This document shows, one piece after another, positions 16,744 through 24,000 of a stretch of 24,000 nt of DNA. Numbering within the stretch: the stretch's first letter is position 1; each line of letters opens with the position of its first letter. This DNA comes from Balneolales bacterium (GTDB lineage Bacteria > Bacteroidota > Rhodothermia > Balneolales > Cyclonatronaceae), in the NCBI GenBank assembly GCA_022565805.1, contig JAIULZ010000048.1, positions 2,219-26,218 of the forward strand, given 5' to 3'. The notes beneath the pieces are model-generated. The model ran no database searches. It worked only from the letters and a program-made list of their open reading frames with translations, and was not told where the DNA came from. The position numbers were made by a program, and so were the translations under genes.

Positions 16744-17331
16744 AACAAAGAATTTTGGAGTATTGAGGTGGAGAAACCGAAGAACACTCCGGATCGGATG
16801 CTTTCCAATACGGAATTATAACTTCCGAATGGTCGCTTATCAAAAATCAGCATTCATTAACGAGATCAGAATAAATCAATTTTCTTATAGTTTCCTAAAA
16901 TACGAACTTTTTAAGTCTGTACAAACCAGTTTGATGCATAACATATTAACACACGAATTGTGTATCCGGTTTTATTCTTTTATGATCATTACATGACTAT
17001 AGTTAGCTAAACAATAAATTACTTAACTACTAATCCTTTAGGGATTTTCCGGATCCAAAATCTCAAAGAATGATTAATTCCCGTTATCTAAACCCTGAAC
17101 AGTTCTTTAAGGTTGTTAAATACACAAGATTAGCCGATCATTTTGTAGTTGAAGACCCCCAAACCCTTTAGTATTTCAACTATTTCTTGTGCGGCGAGTA
17201 GTTAAGAATGATACATTTGCAACCTATGTTAAAGCGTTTATTCCTTAAATTCGAGCTTAATCGCAACAAATTAGCGCCCGTAAAAAGGTTGTATTTCCGC
17301 AAACCAATAATCATTTAAAAAAAATCTATAC

Positions 17332-18036
17332 ATGAGCACCAATCATTACAAAGATAATTTGCAGGATGTTTATGAACTTATACAAAAAGCTTGCGATGAG
17401 GCAGGGCGTGATCCATCCGAAATTACCTTAATCGCAGTTAGCAAGACAAATCCTGCCGAAGCCGTTGAAGCTTTTCGAGAATTAGGACAGCTTCACTTTG
17501 GGGAAAACAAGGTACAAGAGCTTGTGCCAAAAATGGAGCATTTTAGCGAAGATTCACAGATTCAGTGGCATATGATCGGCACCCTTCAAACCAACAAAAT
17601 AAAATACCTCACACCTGCTGTACATTGGATAGACTCTGTTCCCAAACTTAAGGCACTCAAAGAAATTCAAAAGCGAGCTGCCTCAGACAATCGCATAATA
17701 AATGTTATGATACAGGTTAACATAAGTGATGAAGACCAAAAATCGGGTTGCGAGCCAGATAAATTACCCGGCTTACTCGAAGCTGCAGAGAAAATGGAGA
17801 ATTTAACGGTACGTGGGCTAATGGGGATGGCTTCCTTTACCGCAAGTTCTGATGAAATCAGAAGACAATTCGCACTTTTAAAAACTTTACTTGAAAAGGA
17901 AAAACAGCGTGGATACGATCGTGCTAATTTAGACCATTTGTCTATGGGCATGACAAACGATCTGCGAGAAGCTATACTTGAAGGCTCAACAATGCTAAGA
18001 ATTGGCACTGCCCTGTTTGGCAAACGAGACTATTAA
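17332..18036 (+). CDS. yggS: YggS family pyridoxal-phosphate homeostasis protein
   Basis: 234 aa. It has the PLP-lysine context LIAVSKT, then HFGENKVQE, WHMIGTLQTNK, LSMGMTNDL and RIGTALFG. Confidence 0.92.
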   Translation: MSTNHYKDNLQDVYELIQKACDEAGRDPSEITLIAVSKTNPAEAVEAFRELGQLHFGENKVQELVPKMEHFSEDSQIQWHMIGTLQTNKIKYLTPAVHWIDSVPKLKALKEIQKRAASDNRIINVMIQVNISDEDQKSGCEPDKLPGLLEAAEKMENLTVRGLMGMASFTASSDEIRRQFALLKTLLEKEKQRGYDRANLDHLSMGMTNDLREAILEGSTMLRIGTALFGKRDY

Positions 18037-18622
18037 GAATCTATGATTAAACCGGAATGAAATAGATTTGAGGCTAAATGAATGTAGCCATGCCAGAGGG
18101 TAATAGCCGGTTAACTCCTTTTTAATTCGTTTGCAGAAGTACGGTAAGACATTGTTCACATCTATGGCCTTAGGTCTATGCGAAAGTATGTATGCTTATA
18201 AACCACCTTCTAAACAAATATACCCAAAATTATGAGGTATCAGCTACTTTATAGAATGTAGAGGCCTACACTTTTTGCCAAATTTTTTCCACCATTCACT
18301 CACTATAAATAGGCTCTGCATTTGCTGTTTTTTTGTATTTTTTAAAAAATTTATTGTAAGTTAAAATCACGCCATGCTGGCTTAAAATATATCGCTTATT
18401 TCGGTTTATCAGAATAATTAAAGCCTTATAGCTATTAATCGCACCGCAGTAGTTTTTCTTTTGTTCTTTAAGGTATCGAGTATAATAGTACCAATAATTT
18501 GTGATACCCTTTTACTTTATTGTTACCAAGTATTACCAAAGCCTATGGCCGCCAACTTGTTGTATTCTTAACCCCATTAATTGTAGGATTTTTTTATCAT
18601 CCCGCTTCTCAATCTCCATATA

Positions 18623-20875
18623 ATGCAAAATACAAGCCGGCTTTTGCTGTTGGCTATACTTTGCTTTCTGGTTTCATTTTGTGGAAATCACGGAAACGAT
18701 AAACAAAATCGCCTAATGCAAGGGTCTGATGACTATCAAATTGTTGAACTAACAAATCAATTTTACAAAATTACACGATCAGGTGATTATGACGGCGCTT
18801 TGCAAATACAAGAACAGATGCTTGAGCTTGCCGGAAGCGATGAAAATAACATCTATTTTTTCTATGCCCGAATCCTGTATGCAGAATGGTTTCAACAGCA
18901 ACAAGAATTCATCAAATCAAACCAGATTCTTGATGAAGTAATCGAAAAAGCCAGGATTTTAGACTTTCCTGAGCCCGAAGCCATTGCACTTCTTTATAAG
19001 GCAAGAAATTTAAACACCATCTATGAGAATGAAGAAATCCCTGAATTACTCCAACGGGCAAGCCATATAGCACAGCAGTTAGATAATGACAGAATTATCA
19101 TGCTGTATAACCAAACCAAGGGGGGGCACCTTCATCTTATTGCTAACTTTTCGGAAGCTCTGGAATATCATTTACTGGCTCAGAAACAGATTGAAAGACA
19201 AATAGAACTTCATGGAGATTTCAGGGATGAAATACTTCTGAATTCCTCTTACAATTCTATTGCGCTTATCTTCACCGAATTAGATAATTTAGATGATGCT
19301 TTGCGCTATTATTCAAAAGCGCTGCAAAACAGCCGGCGAATTGGCGATTCTTTTAGTGTATCCCGCGCGTTGAATAACATTAACATTTTGTATTCAAAAA
19401 TGGGGGACTTCCAGACCGCAAATGACAGTTTAATGGTATCCCTCGAGCTAAATCGTGCAAGCGGCCGAACGGTAAACGTAATCAGAAACCTGTATAATAT
19501 CGGCGATAATAAACTCGATATGGGGCTTTATTCCGAAGCGCTCGATTTTTTTAATGAAGCGCTTCAGGAAAGTATCGAAATTGATCTGAAACCCGGTATC
19601 ATGTTTAATACCTTCGGCATTGGTAAGGCTTATTTTAAAATGGGAAAAGAATATTGGCCTACAGCTAAAACCTATTTAATTGATGCCGAAGTCTATGCAA
19701 CTAACCTGAATGATCGGGCTATTTTATACCAGACCTATAAAACTCTTTATGAAATTGAGAAATACAACCAAAATTATATTCTCGCCCTAGAATATCATGA
19801 AAAGTTTAAAGAATATGCGGTTCTTTATTTCGAGTTAGCACGAAACCAAGCTCTTGATGATCTTATGATTAAGCATAGGGTAGAAACAACGCGTGCAGAA
19901 AACCAGTTCTTATCGGAAAGACTGCTGCTTGAAGAATCTGCTAATAAAAACAAAGCTGTACTTATCGTACTTCTGGTCTTCCTTTCTGCTATCGCTTTTA
20001 TTTTTGCCACCTACTTTTTCCGGATTAAATCCAAATTAGAAGAAGCTAATAACTTTCTTCAAGAACAAAAGCTTTCTATTAGTACTAAAAACGATACGTT
20101 AAAACGTCTAAGCAAAGAGAGAAATGCTTTTTTACACGTAATTGTACACGACCTTAGAAATCCACTTTCGGCAATCGACGGTGCTTTGCAGCTACTTAAA
20201 TTCTACAAGGAGTCGCCTGGTAAAGTTAGTGTATCCAGCATAGAAAAAGATTCGGACGAGCTCATGAATATCATTGATAACTCTTCGAAAAGAATGAACC
20301 TGCTGATTTTTAGCCTGTTAAATATTTTTGAGAATGAGCAGATTGATATACATAAAGAAATGGAACCACTGCCTATTTCAGATATTTTGCGAAAAACTAT
20401 TGAAGAATATGAACCGATTGCCAGAGTAAAAGACATTACCTTTAAATCTGAACTCAATGGAATTAATGGACTATCTCATCGCACTTCGCTTGAAGGAATT
20501 TTTTCGAACCTTATTTCAAACGCAATTAAGTACTCTCAAAGGAAAACGGATATTTATATTTCTCTTAGAGAACAAAAAATGGGTTGGGAATTTTTAATTC
20601 GCGATCAAGGACAGGGTTTCAGCGCTAAAGACCATAAGAATATGTTTAAACTTTTTGGGCGACTGTCTGCAACACCTACTGCAAATGAGTCTTCTACCGG
20701 AATCGGCCTTTATTCTGTTAAAACTTCTGTAGACAGGCTAAGCGGCACTATTAAAGTAAACCAGGATTACACCAATGGTGCCGAGTTTAACATTTTTATT
20801 CCCTGGCCCGCCAACATTAGCGAAAAAGAAGAAGCAAGTGGGATGCCAAAGTCCTTTTCAACAGAATTTGTTTAA
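18623..20875 (+). CDS. TPR-repeat sensor histidine kinase
   Basis: 750 aa. An N-terminal signal/anchor is followed by about 400 aa of TPR-like repeats and a single TM (AVLIVLLVFLSAIAFIFATYFF). The kinase motifs are present: H-box HDLRNPLSAI, N-box SNLISNAIKYS, and G-boxes DQGQGF and TGIGLYSV. Confidence 0.9.
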   Translation: MQNTSRLLLLAILCFLVSFCGNHGNDKQNRLMQGSDDYQIVELTNQFYKITRSGDYDGALQIQEQMLELAGSDENNIYFFYARILYAEWFQQQQEFIKSNQILDEVIEKARILDFPEPEAIALLYKARNLNTIYENEEIPELLQRASHIAQQLDNDRIIMLYNQTKGGHLHLIANFSEALEYHLLAQKQIERQIELHGDFRDEILLNSSYNSIALIFTELDNLDDALRYYSKALQNSRRIGDSFSVSRALNNINILYSKMGDFQTANDSLMVSLELNRASGRTVNVIRNLYNIGDNKLDMGLYSEALDFFNEALQESIEIDLKPGIMFNTFGIGKAYFKMGKEYWPTAKTYLIDAEVYATNLNDRAILYQTYKTLYEIEKYNQNYILALEYHEKFKEYAVLYFELARNQALDDLMIKHRVETTRAENQFLSERLLLEESANKNKAVLIVLLVFLSAIAFIFATYFFRIKSKLEEANNFLQEQKLSISTKNDTLKRLSKERNAFLHVIVHDLRNPLSAIDGALQLLKFYKESPGKVSVSSIEKDSDELMNIIDNSSKRMNLLIFSLLNIFENEQIDIHKEMEPLPISDILRKTIEEYEPIARVKDITFKSELNGINGLSHRTSLEGIFSNLISNAIKYSQRKTDIYISLREQKMGWEFLIRDQGQGFSAKDHKNMFKLFGRLSATPTANESSTGIGLYSVKTSVDRLSGTIKVNQDYTNGAEFNIFIPWPANISEKEEASGMPKSFSTEFV

Positions 20876-21063
20876 TTTTTTAAAGCTTTTTTCTTTTTGA
20901 TGTAGTACCATTCATTCCATCCCGGATTTTATACTGAGTTCTGTGAAGGTGCATATTTTTTATGATGCATTTTTGGGAAGCCAGTCTTGCCGGGTTAAGG
21001 GCTGGTTATTTTCCCTGCTTTACGGAAATACTAAACTACATCCATCTTAAAAAAGCCTGATTT

Positions 21064-23709
21064 ATGCTCCCTTTTTTACATCGCATTTTATTGCTATCAG
21101 CTTTATTTCTTTTCAGTGCCTGCATTTCGTCTGTATTTGCACAGACTTTTGGCGAGCGCTATACTAACAGCACTGAAGTACCCCTTACCTATTTTTTACC
21201 TGGTGATGTTAGCTACGATTCCTCAATACCTGAACCCGGCGAAATTCTTGGCTTCAATATTGGTGAATGGCATCTTCGACATGACCTGATGGTTCGCTAT
21301 CTGGAGGCGCTGGCTGCCGCATCAGACCGTGTTGAGATTCATCATTACGGGCGATCCCACGAGCTGCGTCCGCTGGTTCTGCTCACAATAACATCACCCG
21401 AAAACCTGCAGAATATAGACTCCATTCGGGAAAACCATGTAAAGCTCACAAATCCGGCCGTATCCCGGGATTTGAATATAGAAAACATGCCTGCAGTTGT
21501 CTGGCTGGGCTATAGCGTACACGGCAACGAGCACTCTGGTGCGAATGCCGCGGTTCTTGCCGCCTACTACTACGCGGCTGCTCAAGGCTCTGAAGTAAAC
21601 CGGATACTCGACGGAACGGTTATTTTGGTAGACCCCAGCTTTAATCCCGACGGACAGGATCGTTTTGTGAGCTGGGTGAATTCGCATCGTAACATGAATC
21701 GGCTAACCACCAATCCGGTAGATCGGGAGTTTAACGAGCCCTGGCCAAGATCCAGAACCAATCATTACTGGTTCGATTTAAACAGAGACTGGATGCCGCT
21801 GCAGCACCCCGAAAGCAGATACCGCCTGGAACAGTTCCATAAGTGGAAGCCAAATGTACTTACCGATCACCACGAGATGGGGACCAATGCCACCTATTTT
21901 TTCCAGCCGGGTATTCCTTCCAGAAATAACCCGCTTACGCCTGAGCGCAACTACGAGCTAACCGCTAAACTGGCCGAGTATCATGCCCAATATCTGGACC
22001 GTTTCGGACAGCTCTACTACACAAAAGAAAGCTTCGATGATTTCTACGTTGGAAAAGGCTCGACCTATCCCGACTTAAATGGTACCATAGGAATTCTTTT
22101 TGAGCAGGCCAGCTCGAGAGGTCACGCCCAGGAAAGCGTACACGGCCTCGTTCCTTTTCCCGAGACCATTCGCAACCAGTTCCAGACTTCACTTTCTACC
22201 GTTACAGGTACTCATGCGCTTCGCATCGAGTTTTTGAGCTTTTTAAGGGAACACTATCTAACGGCAATGCAGGAGGCCGGCCGGGATAATACAGCTGCCT
22301 ATGTTATAAGCGCACCAGAAGACCCCGCAAAAATGGCTCATCTGCTGGATATACTCAAACGCCATCAGATTCAGGTTTATTCACTTGGTCGTAGCATTGA
22401 GGCAAACGATCATAGCTTTACTGCGGGAAGAGACTACATAATCCCTTCTGTTCAGCCGCAGTATCGTTTGGTGAGAAGCCTGTTCGAAACACGCACAACT
22501 TTTACCGACAGTCTGTTTTATGATGTATCGACCTGGTCTTTACCTCACGCATTTAATCTGAATCATGCCGAGCTGAACCGCAGATCTTTTAATGCAAACT
22601 TACTTGGTGATTTACCCGGACCCGAATCTGTATCCTTGCCAGAAGGACGTTTGCACGGCGGACAAGCGCGCCACGCATATTTATTTGAGTGGGACGGATA
22701 TTACACGCCACGCGCTCTTTATGCGCTGCAGCGAGAGGGTATTCGCACTAAGGTAGCCAACCGGGATTTTCGTGTAGAAACACAAACCGGTGCCAGGGAT
22801 TTTCGGGCAGGAACCATTATGGTGCCCGTTGCCATACAGGATAAATGTAGCCCGGAGGAACTGTATGCAAAAGTGCGTGAAGTCGCAATAAAAAACGCTC
22901 TGGAAATTTACGCCGCCGACACTGGTCTTTCACGTAGCGGGATTGATTTGGGCTCTCCAAGCTTTAGCGTACTTACCATGCCCGAAGTTCTGCTTCTGGT
23001 TGGCGATGGGGTAAACGTTTCTGAGGCAGGCGAAACCTGGTTCCAAATGGATATGCGCTATCATATGCCGGTAACAATGGTAGAGACCAATCGCTTTAAC
23101 AATACCGATCTCAGCCGCTATACTCATATCGTTTTCCCATCTGGAAATTACGGACAAATTAACAGCCGCGGTCGGGATAATCTGCAGCGATGGCTAAACG
23201 ACGGAGGAGTAATCGTAGGGTATAAAAATGCAATTCAGTGGCTTGTACAGAACGATTTTGCTACTGCAGCTTTTGTAAGGGATGATGATGAAAAGAGTAA
23301 AGATCCGCTTCCCTACGCAGATGTAGCCCAAAACAGAGGTGCTCAGGTTATTGGTGGCAGTATTTTCAATACCAGTACCGACCTTAGTCATCCGCTGCTT
23401 TATGGCTATAGAAATGAAGAATTAAGCGTTTTCCGGAACAGCACTATTTTTATTGAAGCCCCGCAGAATCGCTACGCTGCTCCCTTACGCTATACGAGTT
23501 CTCCGCTTATTTCCGGCTACATTTCTTCTCAGAATCTTGAAATAATGCCCGGCACAGCGTCTTTAATGGTATCGGGTCGTGGTTCTGGCCGCACCATTTT
23601 ATTTGCTGATAACCCGAACTTCAGAGCGTTCTGGTTCGGAACCAATAAGCTTTTTGCAAACAGTCTGTTTTTTGGGAGTACCATTAACTGGGCCACCATC
23701 GAGCGATAA
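21064..23709 (+). CDS. M14 family zinc metallopeptidase (carboxypeptidase-like) with long C-terminal extension, secreted
   Basis: 881 aa with a signal peptide (ILLLSALFLFSACISSVFAQ). The zinc-binding motif HxxE appears in YSVHGNEHSG, followed by NPDG and a later DHHE segment typical of M14. I do not recognise a family for the roughly 500-aa C-terminal region. Confidence 0.85.
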   Translation: MLPFLHRILLLSALFLFSACISSVFAQTFGERYTNSTEVPLTYFLPGDVSYDSSIPEPGEILGFNIGEWHLRHDLMVRYLEALAAASDRVEIHHYGRSHELRPLVLLTITSPENLQNIDSIRENHVKLTNPAVSRDLNIENMPAVVWLGYSVHGNEHSGANAAVLAAYYYAAAQGSEVNRILDGTVILVDPSFNPDGQDRFVSWVNSHRNMNRLTTNPVDREFNEPWPRSRTNHYWFDLNRDWMPLQHPESRYRLEQFHKWKPNVLTDHHEMGTNATYFFQPGIPSRNNPLTPERNYELTAKLAEYHAQYLDRFGQLYYTKESFDDFYVGKGSTYPDLNGTIGILFEQASSRGHAQESVHGLVPFPETIRNQFQTSLSTVTGTHALRIEFLSFLREHYLTAMQEAGRDNTAAYVISAPEDPAKMAHLLDILKRHQIQVYSLGRSIEANDHSFTAGRDYIIPSVQPQYRLVRSLFETRTTFTDSLFYDVSTWSLPHAFNLNHAELNRRSFNANLLGDLPGPESVSLPEGRLHGGQARHAYLFEWDGYYTPRALYALQREGIRTKVANRDFRVETQTGARDFRAGTIMVPVAIQDKCSPEELYAKVREVAIKNALEIYAADTGLSRSGIDLGSPSFSVLTMPEVLLLVGDGVNVSEAGETWFQMDMRYHMPVTMVETNRFNNTDLSRYTHIVFPSGNYGQINSRGRDNLQRWLNDGGVIVGYKNAIQWLVQNDFATAAFVRDDDEKSKDPLPYADVAQNRGAQVIGGSIFNTSTDLSHPLLYGYRNEELSVFRNSTIFIEAPQNRYAAPLRYTSSPLISGYISSQNLEIMPGTASLMVSGRGSGRTILFADNPNFRAFWFGTNKLFANSLFFGSTINWATIER

Positions 23710-23748
23710 AGCAATCGCTGTATAATTCATCCGCAAAACTGTATTAAG

Positions 23749-23797
23749 AAATACCCGGTCGGGGAGTTATTCACTTTTCCGGACGGGTATTTTTTTT
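23749..23797. terminator. probable bidirectional stem-loop terminator
   Basis: AAATACCCG(G)TC (23749-23760) pairs with GACGGGTATTT (23782-23792), giving 11 bp with one bulge. The T run extends to 23797 on the + strand. The hairpin lies 40 nt after the M14 stop and overlaps the last codons of the convergent minus-strand ORF. Confidence 0.55.
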
Positions 23798-24000
23798 GGT
23801 TGCTTCGATGTTTTTACAAGATTTTCCTCGGCAGATTCTGCGATTTTAATGAAATCGCGGCCCTGGCGATTTTTTATTTCATATCCGCATGCGGAGCTCA
23901 CGGCTATACTTCGCTGGGCTGGCTTTTGATATGCTAATCCGTTTATGAGCTTGGCCACTGTGCGCTGACTATTGAGCAATGCCTTCTGGCTTCTATTCAT
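23767..24000 (-). CDS. hypothetical protein; ORF starts at or beyond the right window edge
   Basis: 77-aa open frame: MNRSQKALLNSQRTVAKLING...KKIPVRKSE. Its first ATG is exactly at 23998-24000, and no upstream stop is visible, so it may be truncated. I recognise no family. Confidence 0.4.
   Translation of the reverse strand: MNRSQKALLNSQRTVAKLINGLAYQKPAQRSIAVSSACGYEIKNRQGRDFIKIAESAEENLVKTSKQPKKIPVRKSE

Noticed and set aside
17226-17318. 30-codon basic ORF (MLKRLFLKFELNRNKLAPVKRLYFRKPIII) just upstream of yggS
   Set aside because: It is too short, its composition is typical of AT-rich spacer DNA, and it has no supporting signal.
21394-23714. Minus-strand ORFs inside the M14 gene (21394-21687, 21965-22192, 22930-23157, 23194-23391, 23529-23714)
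   Set aside because: They are antisense to a long, well-supported peptidase ORF and have no independent support.

Overview
This window looks like a chromosomal, mostly housekeeping stretch. GC is roughly 40-45% by eye, and the gene content resembles the FCB group (Bacteroidota/Balneolota-like); I cannot verify taxonomy here.

Supported protein genes, in order:
- phasin-like C-terminal fragment
- MFS sugar porter
- the minus-strand dnaX-ybaB-recR cluster plus a small membrane protein
- secreted S9 serine peptidase
- stand-alone arginine deiminase
- M50 site-2 protease
- small lipoprotein
- smpB
- a Nif3 / COG1579 coiled-coil pair
- yggS
- TPR sensor histidine kinase
- large M14 metallopeptidase
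- a short ORF of unknown function starting at the right window edge

One RNA gene is clear: bacterial type-A RNase P RNA (rnpB, 14442-14825, minus strand).

I see no transposase, integrase, CRISPR array, toxin-antitoxin pair, or recognisable defence or secretion cluster. I cannot honestly point to a new multi-gene system.

The non-obvious signals are mainly in the noncoding DNA or are recoding signals:
1. A dispersed family of roughly 37-nt palindromic modules (AGAAGGCGGGCAAAAGAGTGGTTTTGCAAAGCCTTCT). At least five copies lie in intergenic DNA, and two of them form composite units of about 135-145 bp bounded by inverted repeats (MITE/BIME-like).
2. A 103-nt extended hairpin between smpB and rnpB.
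3. An A10 tract in dnaX just after the clamp-loader core, with stop codons close by in both alternative frames. This suggests a gamma/tau recoding site.
4. rnpB sits directly behind, and co-oriented with, the nif3/COG1579 pair, and the COG1579 protein has a degenerate zinc ribbon.
5. A 944-bp stretch with no ORF of 60 aa or more lies upstream of the arginine deiminase gene and is full of degenerate repeat modules.

Many ORFs in the six-frame track are antisense shadows or overlap RNA or repeat sequence. Those are rejected below.
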